A stretch of DNA of 64,000 nt from Scyliorhinus canicula (GCF_902713615.1 NC_052157.1:61344146-61408145); one strand, 5' to 3'; counted from the first letter of the stretch, positions 49,822 to 61,799 are shown. Numbers and translations are program-made. The notes: a model not told the origin generated them from the letters alone.

Positions 49822-51830
49822 GTAAGTACAGACATCCTTTATTCGCCATTAGGTTTAATGATCCAGTTTGTGCTCAGCAAGATCCCACAAACATCACTGT
49901 GCTGAAGACAAAAATTGTCCGTTGTCATTGAGAAAAATAGATGAGGGTGAACTATCCCTTGTCTAGTGCAGGCTTTTTCAAAGTGCGGGTCGTGACCCGT
50001 AGGTGGGTTGCGAGCGGGTGTCAGAAGGGTTGTGGAGTTAAGGGTCTCACTCCGCACTTTTGTCAAATAGGGAAGTGTGGGGGATTCCCGTAACAGCCTC
50101 CCCGAACAGGCGCCGGAATGTGGCGACTAGGGGCTTTTCACAGTAACTTCATTTGAAGCCTACTCGTGACAATAAGCGATTTTCATTTTCACATGGACAC
50201 ACATACCTATCCTTTGAACAATTCAGTGAAAGTAAGTGAGAGACAGAACTGTGACAGAAGAGATGAGGAAAATAGTGAAATAAAGCAGAGTCACAGAGTT
50301 TACTTATTCAACCATGTGCAGTGAATATTTTGTGCTGCCTGTGTGCCGTATCTCTCGCTTCCCTTCGCCCCACTCCTGATTTGTGCAACTGCTCAGTGTT
50401 GGGAGTAAGCTGCTGTCACCAGAATCCATTCACCTGGTGTTTTATTTTGACCCACTCTAAAGTACTGACCCCTCAGCACTTTGACACATACCAGAAGTGG
50501 AGGCTAGAAATACTCCTTGTTAACACAGCGTCCCATTATTCTTAATGTGTTATAATCCTCATGGTTATGGGAGGGGAGCGCTTTTTTGTCATCCCTTATC
50601 TCGATTATAATTGATGAGTGGAGCCAGGGCCGGTGTGGGGTGGATGGCTGGGGTGGAGTTGGATGGTAGGGTTAATCAAACCGAATGGAGATTGACGATA
50701 GCCCTCCTCCCTCCCCAACCCAAGTTAGAGCTAGCCGTATGCAGTTTTTATTTTGAATTTTTCTGTTATTTCAAATTTAAGAATCCGTGCCTTTCTCCTT
50801 TGATGGCCTAGGCAGACTGTGTATTCTGGGGAGGACTGGGTTCCTTCTGACTCTGCTTGAGGTTGTAGCTTTTTCTTTGGGCCTCTTATTTCTCTTTTTG
50901 AGCTATTAGACTGAGAGGATGTGAGTAATGGCGCACACTGTAGTGTTGTTGGTTAATCTGTTATTGGTCTATTGAACAGAGGGATTGTTTTTTATATCCT
51001 ATCTGTGATGGCGGATATTTTGGGCAGTGGTTGATATTTTTGGGTCAGTTCGAGCGTCCTTCCCTTTGTTTTTTTTTACTTCTCTTCATCTCGGAGAACA
51101 GGGGGCTGTTTATCATCCTGGCCGGGTCCATTGGTTTAGAGGAGGTTCCCTTGGTTGTACCGGAGGGGAGGGAATCGGCCTTCCCTCCGAGGGTGTCTAA
51201 TTGTTGGGTGACTTTAGGATTTTTCATCTCTTCAGCTCACTTTGGCTGGTGCTGGCCATGTTCATCCTTTTTACTTAGTGTAAGTGGGGATGGTGCACTG
51301 CCCAGGGTGTGGTTGGAGAGGTGCACGTTGACTGGGGTGTAGGTTTTGAGGCGCGCTAGAGGTCATGGGGTATTGATTCATATGTGTCGGGATGTGCTGA
51401 GCTAGGTCAGGTCCGGTGCTTTGGCTGGTATCCTGTTGCCCCATGGGACTTGAGGCTCTTATTAGGGACATCCTTAGAGGTTGGGTTTTGCTTCTTTCGA
51501 GCATGGTGTAAGCCGAGTCCTGTACTTTAGTTGATATCCTGTTGCCCCCTTCAGGGGTGGGACACTCTCTTGATTGAATGAACAGCCTGTTCTCTTCCTC
51601 ATTAATGAGTGTTCAGCATGCACCAGGGGATACATGGAACCAGGGTTGGCTCCTGATCCCTGGTTAGCCTGTGGTTTACTTCTGGTCTTCCCGAATATGT
51701 TGCAGAGATAGGAACCTGTATTGAGGAACGGAGTCTGGAAATGCATACAAACATCAGATAAAGAGAGGTGAAGTGCAGAGTCTTGTTGCACACAGTGCTT
51801 GCTCACAAGAAATTCTTCCTTTGTTTTTAG

Positions 51831-52112
51831 TCTCACCACAGAATCTCTCAATGACTTCTCTTGATATGATTAACGCTTCATGGATCAATATAATTGAGGG
51901 GAATTCTACAGTGATAATCTGCTCTGTCGAGAGCTTCCCAGCTTCTAACCTGACGTGGAGACATCTTAATGTCACAATGAACAGAACAAGTTCCAACAAT
52001 GAGCTGTGGTTGGTGATTCCTCAAGTTACATCCAGGGACACTGGAGACTATGAGTGTGCGGCAGAGAATGAACATGGAGCAATGGAGGGGTCCATAGCCA
52101 TCACTGTGGAAT
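51831..52112 (+). CDS. Siglec domain 3 Ig exon, 282 bp, phase 1-1
   Basis: tttttag and GTGAGT sites; ICSVESFPASNLTW..DTGDYECAAENEHG. Confidence 0.9.
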
Positions 52113-52834
52113 GTGAGTGTACACAGACCTCAACATCGCACATACACATATGCACACAGACAAATACACAGATGATCAGCGACCCATTCACAGCATCTTA
52201 ATCATTCATTCATTATCACCACAGTCTTAGCGGAGCCATTGGCATTGTCTTGTTTCTTCACTGGTTATCTTCAATTCGCCAACAATCCATGTCCCTATGT
52301 TATCCGCCCATCCAATTTTTCTTCTCCTCTTCTGATTTTTTCTCTCAGTTTCTCCTTCAATTGGTGTCAAGACAAGGCTGTCAGGTCTTTTCTCACCTTC
52401 GTACTTGACTATCTTTCTCTCTCTGACTGTACTGAGAAACCCTTTAAATTCCTGAACTTCTCGTTTTGATCGAAGACACTCATGGGTCTTTCTGCCCATT
52501 CAGCTGATTCCCAGCATCCTCCTCCAAACCCACATTTCAAAAGTTGTTCTCCTCTGTCCAACTCTCGCATTCACAGAGTGGAACACTCCACACTAGTGAC
52601 TGGGCTAGAGCTTTATTCAGCTTTGTGCTGATCCTTTTGCACTTCAGTTAGTGGTTGTGCCTCTTGCCGTGTCTAATTAACTGGGATTTCATTCTTGGAT
52701 GTAATTTTGGTCTTATCATCAAGTTATTAGATGCCGTTACGTCTTTCTCAGTGCAAACAGATGTATCTCCAAGAGACTGTGGGATTTACAATGTCTATTT
52801 CATGCAGTTGAATGGACAGGATCACAGATGCACT

Positions 52835-53045
52835 TAAAAAAAAATTAGACTGCCCAATTATTTTTGTTCCAATTAAGGGGCAATTTGGTGTGGCCAATCA
52901 ACTTCCCTGCAGATCTTTGGGTTGTGGGGGTGAGACCCATGCAGACATGGGGAGAATGTGCGAACTATACACAGACAGTGACCTGGGGCTGGTTTCGAAC
53001 CCGGGTCCTCGGCGCCGTGAGGCAGCGGTGCTAATCACTGTGCGA
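52835..53045 (-). mobile_element. HE1/V-SINE short form
   Basis: Same body as 18115-18340. Confidence 0.75.
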
Positions 53046-53073
53046 CTGAAGTGCTGCCTGTCACAGACACATA

Positions 53074-53691
53074 GCGCTGGATTCTCCGCTCCCGATGCCG
53101 AAATCACGTTCGGCATGAGGGCGGAGAATTCCCGATGATGCAAAATCGGGGACGGCGCCACTTTTGCGCTGCTCGGCCCCCTGAATAGCTCTGCACTCTA
53201 GGAATATGTCGCGCCACGTTGCCGCGCGATGCTCTGTCCCCGACCGGTTGAGTTCCCGAAGGCGTGGGACACATCTGGTCTCATCCGTCGTGAACTTAGC
53301 GTGGTGGCTGCGGACTCAGTACAGAACCGCTACAGTCGGGGGAGGGCCGATCCGCGGGTAGGGGGACTTCATTTGGGGCTATGGGCACTGTGGGCGGGTG
53401 GTCTGGGGCATGCGAGTGGCCGAAGGGGGGTACTATTTTTGTGGTCCGGGTCCACGGGCTGAGTCCGCCATGAAGCACGTGGCGGCCGCTGCCATGCGCA
53501 TGCACGGCCACGGATCCGGAAATGCTCAGGGCTGTATTGGCAGCAAGAGCTAGGATGTCTATGCTGCCTCCCTGCTAGCTCCCAGCAAAACAACAAATTG
53601 GTGGCCATTTTACCCCAGTTTTCCTGGCGTAAGCCACCACTGTTTTCACACTGGCGAGGGGACTGAGACTCCCAAACAGAGAATCCAGCCC
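53074..53691. mobile_element. Harbinger-type MITE, 618 bp
   Basis: TIRs GCGCTGGATTCTC and GAGAATCCAGCCC, 3-bp TSD ATA. Confidence 0.8.
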
Positions 53692-53845
53692 ATAATCTCC
53701 AACTCTCTCACAACCTGTAGGACGCTCCTTAAAACTTTGAGATTGGGGTCAACTGTTCTAATATCTCCGATGTGACGGTGTCAGATTTTCTTCTGAGGAG
53801 ATGAGAAATGAGGGAGCGATTTCCAAAGCTTAGGGTCCAGGCAGC

Positions 53846-54481
53846 TGTCATGTGAGAGTACCTTTAAGAAATGGATGCTTAAGCAATGTACCGTTAAGAA
53901 ATGGAGCAGCTCATATTACTGAGGTGATGTCAGAGGGAGGGGGAGCTGAGCTCACTTCTGCTTTTAGTTTCAGTTTGAGCGAGAGCAGCTGAAAAGTGCC
54001 TGGCTGGTTTTCTGTGAGTTGTTTGAAAGGAGAAAGCCAGTTTTGAGGAAAAGAGCTTGGGTGTGTCTGTGTTTGCAGTGAGCTGTATCTGCTGTGATCT
54101 CTGCCATGAAAGACTATCTCTGAGTCATTTGGGTGATTTAAACTCATAATAGTTAATGTCTTTAACCTGATGTGTTTCTGTTGTTAAAGGTGAAGTCTTT
54201 TGGAGGTTTGAAGGAACATTCTGAGGGATTATTTAGTGTTGTATTATTTTCGGGGTTATCTTTGAAGTAAGGGAGTGTTAAGTGATCAAATGTTTATTCA
54301 AAAGGTTAAGTTGAATTCATGGAATAAACATTGTTTCGTGTTTAAAAACCCATGTGTCCATATTGTAACACCACACCCGGAGAACAAGCCGTGTGCTTCA
54401 AAAGCAACAATCCATTAAAGGGAGAGATTGTTTGAACTCCATGATACATTTTGGGGTTCTGAAAACGGCACTCCCATAACA
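53846..54481 (+). mobile_element. Solo LTR, 636 bp, inserted in an L2 remnant
   Basis: TGTCATG...CATAACA ends, 4-bp TSD CAGC, AATAAA at ~54324. Confidence 0.75.
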
Positions 54482-54621
54482 CAGCTCTGAGCACGACTGC
54501 CATTGGTGGGGCAACAGAAACATGAGGATGGCCAAGAGGCTGGAATTGGAGGAGCATGGAGATCTTGGAGGGTTGTGGGATGTGGGGATGAGCTTCTGAT
54601 TCTCCTCTGTTCCTGTTCCAG

Positions 54622-54897
54622 ATCCCCCACAGGAGACGATGGTGTCCATCAGCAGACCCTCAAGTGGAATAAGGGAGGGAAACAGTATCACATTAACCTG
54701 CTCTAGTGAAAGTGTCCCACCGATATCCCATTACACCTGGTTCAGGATCGAGGGGAACACCAGCATCCAGTTAAACACAAGTAGCCGCACTCTCTCCTTC
54801 ACTTCTGTAACACGGGAGAATGATGGAAGTTTCTACTGCACAGTGAGGAACCCACTGGGTAACAGCACCTCCAACATTACCCACCTGGATGTGGAAT
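54622..54897 (+). CDS. Siglec domain 4 Ig exon, 276 bp, phase 1-1
   Basis: ctgttccag and GTAAGC sites; EGNSITLTCSSESVPP..YTWF..DGSFYCTVRNPLG. Confidence 0.9.
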
Positions 54898-56808
54898 GTA
54901 AGCATTTAACACCATCTGTCTCTTACTTGCTGTAGTTTAGCATAACTAGTATAATCCTTGTTGCTTTTTTGACCTTGTGCCTTTCAGAGATACATAAGGA
55001 GTTATTATAACAGTGAAGCTCAGAGGATATGTTAGATTTTTGAAGAAGTACCCTAAAGGAGGAGAGCGATATAAGTTGACAGATTTATCTGGGCATGGGT
55101 GCCCAGGGGGTGGAGGGGGGAGAGGAGGAAGGGAGATTAGGGTTTACGGCCCCAGTTAGCTGAAAGGATGCTTACGAAGCTGGAATTGGATGAGGTTCGG
55201 GTCTGGGAGTAGGTTACAGAGAAACGGAGGATTCAAGGGGCTGGATGAGGAGCATAAATGTTAAGAGTTGTCAGGAAAGGTGAACGTTAAAGAGATCAAG
55301 ACTGTTGAAGGGGCTGAATTAGGCTGCAGAGGTATCAAGTGTTATTGGGCTGGAGCAAGTCACAGAGACAGAGAGAGTAGTAGAGCCTGAAGGTGATGAC
55401 AGAGAAACAGAGGATGTTTAAGTGCTGGAGTGGGTTACAGACATAGGTGTGGTGATCGTAGATCTGAGTAGATGCAATACAACTGAGCAAGCACTAGAGG
55501 GAGCACAGGAGAGCTATATATACACAGGGACAGGAAGTGACGACACACTTCACGGAAGGCAGAACTCATAGCAGGACAGACACACAAACAGGCAGCATTT
55601 GAGGTAGCCGTAAGTTAAGGTCTGAAGGGAGAACAAATTCACAATAAAGCATCTTCTCCACATTTGAGACTACGAGCTTTATTCAGACACGAGGAACAAC
55701 ACATGGTACCAAGGAGTGACTTCAGACGCTTACTACAGGACAACTCAGCTGCAGATACAGAAAGAACAAAATGGCATGGAAATCTCCTACTGGACATTCG
55801 ACTTGGGAAGACATCGCTAATTCGAGGATGTAGCTTGGATACCCACCTCAGCTGGACATGACTGGCAATGTAAGAAATGTCTGGAAAATGTTTAAACAAT
55901 GGTTCGATTTATATATCATAGCTAATGATGTAGCAGCAGCCTGAGACGAAATTAAAATAGCAAAGCTCATCGCAGGACATGAAGCTAGGAAAGTATATAA
56001 TGGATTTAAATACTCAAAAGATGAAGACAGCAACAGCTTACAAACAATACTAAACAAATTTGAAGAGTACTGTAAGAAATTTGAACAGCACGGTATGCTC
56101 AGAGGCCAAACTGCACAGAGACTGAGTGATGCAAAACTCAAACAATCAAAATCAGAACAGAAAGGGTTCAGTCAAGAAAAGTAAAGATCAAAAAGAAGAA
56201 ATAACTTGAATTTTTCACAAAGCCAAAATGCTGAAATCCAGTCCAAATCGAAAGGAAAAGGTAACTTACAACTTTCAGAAAGAAAAAACGCTGAAATCCA
56301 CGATAAAATGGCGTCGGACCACATTTTGCAGTCTCGGGCAGACAAAGAACTACAAACTGCGTCTGCGCATGCGCAGGACACGGAAGCCGCGCATGCGCAG
56401 TTACAATCACCCGTTTTGCGTTCTGCGCATGCGCAAGCTGCGCATGCGCAGTTTAAAAAAGTTTGCATTGCTGATCGTTATGCACATGCGCAAGCCGCGC
56501 ATGCACAGTGCACACAAAACCGCACAGTGAAGGAAGGTCGATTTGCGCATGCGCAGTTGATTCATACGCATGATGTCACGAGCGTCATGACGTCTGAACA
56601 TCCGGACCACGCCTACTTAAAAGGGAAATGCCCGGAAATTGAAAACAAAATACTTAAAGCTGTAAAACCAAATTTTCTTGCCTCAGAACACAAAAAAACG
56701 CCTGAACTTAAACCAGCAGTTAAAAACAACTCGCACAACACCCTGGAAAAAGCAGTCTGCACCACCCAAAGTGAAGAGATCAAAAAGAAATCAAAAACAA
56801 CAAAAGAT

Positions 56809-57180
56809 GATTTGTTTTTCGAAGAATACTACTCAGACATGGCTGAGTTATTCGGATATGCTTATCACAGCATCAGCGACACGGTCGCAACGTTCAACAC
56901 AAATCTACTCGTGGTAGATTAATCCAACCAAGGTGATTTGGTTTTCGAAGAATACTACTCAGACATGGCTGAGTTATTCGGATATGCTGATCACAGCATC
57001 AGCGACGCGGTCGCAAAGCATAACACGAATCAACTCGTGGTAGATGAATCCAACCAAGATGATTTGGTATTGGAAGAATACTACTCAGACATGGCTGAGT
57101 TATTCAGATATGCTGATCACAGCATCAGCGACACGGCCGCAAAGCTCAACACGAATCTACTTGTGGTAGATGAATCCAAC
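56809..57180 (+). repeat. Three tandem 126-bp (42-aa) units
   Basis: GATTTG..GAAGAATACTACTCAGACATGGCTGAG at 56809, 56935 and 57061. Confidence 0.92.
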
Positions 57181-57579
57181 ACCATGGTGCCATAGCAGAT
57201 CGTCGATACATTGGATGACAGCAATGCCCAAGAAGAAGACGACGCCACGCAGAGAGCACAGAAAGACTCCACACAGAGAGCGATGACAGGCTCCACAGTG
57301 CGAGTGATGAAAGACTCCAAAAGGGAAGCAAGCAAACACTCCCTGGCGAACACCATGCATGAACAAGACCATGAAGGTCAACCCGCTGTATCTGAGCAAC
57401 CGCAAGCAGACTATGAAAGTCTACCAAGCTCACATAATCAAAAAGAAGACACTGTACATCTACCCACTGCATGCGAAAACAGTGACAAGGTGATCACACT
57501 CGACATACAGGAGGTACAGGATCAGAGCGAGACTGACAGTTCGCAGCTTGTCTGTACAGAAGCACAGAGTCAGGCCACC

Positions 57580-57965
57580 CAAGAATCCAGAGAGACAACG
57601 CCAATGGAAACCATGCAGACTTTGACTCCAGAAGAGGAGCACCAAGAGTCCAGTGAGACCACGCCAAAAGAAAGCATGCAGATTTTGACTCCAGAAGAGG
57701 AGCACCAAGAGTCCAGTGAGACAACATCAACAGAAACCATGAAGATTTTGACTCCAGAAGAGGAGCGCCAAGAGTCCAGAGAGACCACGTCAAGTGAAAT
57801 CATGCAGATTTTGACTCCAGAAGAGGAGCACCAAGAGTCCAGAGAGACCACGTCAATTGTAATCATGAAGATTTTGACTCCGGAAGAGGAGCACCAAGAA
57901 TCCAGAGAGACCGCGTCAAATGAAATCGCAAAGAATTTGACTCCAGAAGAGGAGCACCAAGAAAG
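57580..57965 (+). repeat. Six tandem 63-bp (21-aa) units, LTPEEEHQES..
   Basis: TTGACTCCAGAAGAGGAGC at 57622, 57685, 57748, 57811, 57874 and 57937. Confidence 0.95.
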
Positions 57966-59514
57966 CAAAGACAAGGAATCAAATCCTCGACAAATGACTG
58001 ATGTCACCAGCATCGATGCAACATCAGATCATTCTCACCATTCTCGAGACGAAACGTTCAATGCAACAGATTCCACAAAGGACACTCGCACCAATAACTG
58101 TGACAATGACTCAAATTATCTACACGGGACACTCATTGAGCATAACAAGAAAAACAAAAGCCAAAAGAAGCACAGCAGAAACGAGAACAACAACAGCAAG
58201 AACAAAAGCAACATGCAGCGCGACAAGAACAACAAAAATCGCAAGAAGCACTGCAGAAACAAGAACAACAACAGCACCAACAAAAACTACAAGCACAACG
58301 ACAAAAACTACAAGAAGAACAACAAAACCAACAAGAAGCATAACAAAGATAGCGACAACAACAAAGACAGAAACGACAAAAACAGCAACAAGAACGGCAA
58401 CGAAAACAACAAAGACAGGAACGACAGAAACAACAGCAATGAAACAACGACTTGTACAAAATGGTACAACTCTGCACATGAAGGACAATGCCACAGCACA
58501 CTGCAAAACAATGACAAGACTACAAACATGCCATGGGATGACAATGAATCGCACAAACTCACATCTGCTCCAGAACAAGCAAGCACACCAGCTTTCAAGG
58601 CAGATGACATAATAAATCAATACCACAAGCACAGAAAAAAGTCCATGTCAGTCAACATCAGTGGTTCGACCATGCAAACATCTCGGGATGACGCATTGGG
58701 TACTTAAAATAACAAGGAACACCAACAACATTCACAACGGAGTTGCAATATCAATATCACCACGTCAACAACAACAAAAGAAAAAAACTCTGAACAAATT
58801 CATCAAGTTTCGACTCATAAATGTTTTTACTGAGTGGACTCATAAATATAAATTGGATTTGTAAAATATGCAATAGCACCATCACTTGTATAGATCCACA
58901 TATCATAAGTAACTGTTTTGTACAATTTTCCTTAACGATGTACAAAAAATATGTAAAGCAAAAACGGGGGATGTGGTGATCATAGATCTGAATAGATGCA
59001 ATACAACTGAGCAAGCAGTAGAGGGAGCACAGGAGAGCTATATATACACAGGGACAGGAAGTGATGACACATTTCACGGAAGGCAGAACTCGTAGCAGGA
59101 CACAGACACACAAGCAGGCAGCATTTGAGGTAGCCGTGAATTAAGCTCTGAAGGGAGAACAAATTCACAATAAAGCATCTTCTCCACATTTGAGACTACG
59201 AGCTTTATTAAGACTCGAGGAACAACACAATAGGGAGGGGACAAAGAGGGATATTGTAATGGGAGCAAATGCTGTTCAGTGAACAACAGGGTGTGATGAG
59301 TAAACGGGACTTGGTATGAGTTAGGAAACGGGCAACAGAGTTTGGGATGTGCTAAAGTTCATGGAGGTTGGAAGATGGGAGACCGGGCAGGAGAATATTG
59401 GAATATTCCAATCTGGAAGTAACAAATGCACCAATGAGTGTTTCAGTGTCAATTTTCTATCGTACACTCTTAACTTTGTTACTAAGTGTCCCATTGTTGT
59501 CATTTCCTCCTTAG

Positions 59515-59808
59515 ATGAGCCAGATATTTCCCAGGAGTCAAAGTGCTATCAGCAGTCAGAAGGGGTCACCTGCTTTTGTGTGTCCAATTCCAATCCACCT
59601 GGAGTCCTCACCTGGCACCTGCCTGCTGCCAACATTAGTGATGACCAAACACACAAACATGTTGTGTCACGTTCGGTCAGAGATGGGCATCTGGTGAATG
59701 GCTCCCTGATCCTGACGGGACTCCACAATGAGGAGGAAGTGACGGCATCCTGCTTGGTTCGAAACCCACATGGGGAAGCCATGTTCAAGGTGTATCTGTG
59801 GGCCAAAG
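59515..59808 (+). CDS. Siglec membrane-proximal domain 5 exon (MAG D5-like), 294 bp, phase 1-1
   Basis: cctccttag and GTGAGA sites; ESKC....VTCFCVSNSNP and SCLVRNPHG resemble the extra-Cys pattern of MAG D5. Confidence 0.88.
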
Positions 59809-59983
59809 GTGAGAGAATTGTTTGGGATTGATCTCCGCTCAGCTAGCTTGATCCTTAAACTCGAGAATTTCCTCCCTCACTCACTCCACCAGCACCTTTA
59901 AAATATACTTTACAACTAATCTCTTTGACCAAGCTTTTAATCATGTCAACACCTTGGTCAAATTCAATGGTGAGATCAAGATA

Positions 59984-60275
59984 CAAGGGGAGGTGGTGGA
60001 GTAGTGGCATTGACATTCAACTGGTGATCCAGGCACCCAGGGTAATGCTAAGGGGACTGGGGTTCAAATTCCATCACACCAGATAGTAACATTTGAATTC
60101 AATGAATATCTGGAAATAAAGTGTAGAGATAATCTGAAACCATTGTTGTGTTGTAAAGTGCCCTTTACGGAAGGAAATCTGCCATCTTTACCTGGCTTGT
60201 CCTATTGTGACTCCAGATATTGATTCTTAAATTCTGGCCCAGCCAGTGATGCCCACAACCGATGAATGGATTTTT
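59984..60275 (+). mobile_element. tRNA-like SINE (family 3), degenerate
   Basis: GGTGGTGGAGTAGTGG A-box-like and GGTTCAAATTCC B-box-like motifs. Confidence 0.55.
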
Positions 60276-60699
60276 TAAAAAGCATTTCTTCACACAAAGG
60301 CAAATGGAAATCTGGTAATCTCTCCCATCCCAAAACAGCTATTGCATTGAAAACGACTATTTTCAAAGTAGGATTTAATCCCCTGGGCTTTCAAGGGTTA
60401 ACAAGTAATTGGATCACATTTTCAAGATATTAATGAGAACAGATAGGGGTTGATTGAGAGAAAGTATTTCTTCAGGGAGTCTTGGACGAAAAAGCTGAAA
60501 CTAAAAATGTGAGGCATATTTTTCAGGCGGGAAATCAGGAAAACCTTTGACACTCAAAGGGTGGGAGAAATCTGGAACTTCTTTATCCAAACTAAAATCA
60601 ATATTCGATCAAATAGTTAATTTTAAATCTGAGTTTGTCAGATTTTTTTGGAAACAGAAGACAGTAAGGGAAATTTGGCCATTGGTGATTCTTGGAATC

Positions 60700-60970
60700 C
60701 CCACAGTGCAGGAGTCAATTCAGCCCATTGAGTCTGCATCAACTTTCCGAAAGAGCACTCTATCTAGATCCACTCGCCCGCCATATCTCCACATATTGAT
60801 CATGGCCAATCCACCTATCCTGCACATCTTTGGACTGTGGGGGGAAACCGGAAAGCCTGGAGGAAAATCACGCAGGCATGGGAAGCACGTGCAAACTCAA
60901 CACAGCCACCCAAGGCCAGAATCGAACCTGCATACCTCTCACTGTGAGGCAGCAGTACGAACCACTGTGC
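60700..60970 (-). mobile_element. HE1/V-SINE, degenerate, among CR1 3' scraps (~60280-61080)
   Basis: CATGGCCAATCCACCTATCCTGCACATCTTTGGACTG V-domain. Confidence 0.7.
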
Positions 60971-61702
60971 CATCAATCACAGAATAAGGTGATAGATCAG
61001 CCATGATCTCAATGAATAGTAAATCCAGTAATGGCAGAGGGGCTGAATGGCCTCTTCCTGTCCTGTGATCCTTCCTATGGTCCAATGTGTTAAGGGTCAA
61101 TCTTTTTACAGAGTGGACAGTGATAAACTGGAGCTTGACTTGATATTACATCGAAAAATATTATATATATAAATGTTACATATATTACATTGAGATGGAA
61201 GATTTCAATTCATAAATTGCTTAGACAGTCTCGAAACACTCCACAGTCAATTACATCATTTCAAAATGTGGTCACTGCTGTAATTTAGGAAACACAGCTA
61301 ATGATTTTTGCACAGCAAGATCCCACAAACAACAGTGCGATTGTGATCTGATCATTATTTTAATGAGATTGGTTGATGCATCCCGAGAGATTCCATACAT
61401 TTGGTCATCATTGCCCCTTCAGCAAAGCAAACTTTCCATCTTTTCCCGATCTGGGATGTATCCGTGACTCCAGTCTGAAATAGCAACATGGTTATTTTTT
61501 AACTCCCCTCCAAACTGGTCTCTAAGTGGTTCAGGAGGAAGGTCGCCCTCCAGATTCACAAGGAGAAACTGGGATTGGACAACAAATATAGGCATTGCTC
61601 GTGAATGAGTATTTACAAAATTGAGTGGAGGCATTGTTGCTCGAGATACATTGTAGCATCATTCTAAAAGTGCAGTGCAGTAATTAAAGGCTGTTTTTAC
61701 AG

Positions 61703-61799
61703 GTAGAAACTCTAATAAATGGACAGTAGGATTGCTCACAGCTGGGATCATACTGAGTGTATTTGTGGTTGGAATCTTAATCTTCTTGAATGTGAGGAA
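61703..61799 (+). CDS. Transmembrane exon, 97 bp, phase 1-2 (not in ORF track)
   Basis: gtttttacag and GTAAGT sites; (G)RNSNKWTVGLLTAGIILSVFVVGILIFLNVRK. Confidence 0.88.

Larger units (their letters stand above)
55771..58707 (+). pseudogene. Single 979-codon frame: Gag-N-like region plus repeat and low-complexity tail, five in-frame stops
   Basis: ATG 55771 and ORFs at 56206, 56938 and 57211 are all in one frame; stops at 55831, 55942, 56182, 56920 and 57193; no frameshift. Confidence 0.75.
55448..59229 (+). mobile_element. Non-autonomous LTR element: LTRs 55448-55703 and 58972-59229, no pol
   Basis: 5-bp TSD ATAGG; PBS TGGTACCAAGGAGTG resembling the tRNA-Leu(UAA) 3' complement; PPT AAAGCAAAAACGGGGGA; LTRs differ by 12 substitutions and one 2-bp indel. 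Confidence 0.95.

Noticed and set aside
49968-50070. hAT-type MITE end (CAGGCTTTTTCAAAGTG..)
   Set aside because: No second TIR or TSD was found; too little to call.
58140-58440. Asn-rich tract as protist contamination
   Set aside because: It lies inside an LTR element with an intact TSD in a host intron.
57460-58632. Hydrophobic or Cys-rich antisense ORFs and alternative-frame Thr-rich ORFs
   Set aside because: These are shadows of the AAC/GAA-rich repeat on the + strand.
14835-61799. Calling the gene MAG
   Set aside because: The architecture is MAG-like, but the V and D2 sequences lack the strong conservation typical of MAG orthologues, so no symbol was assigned.
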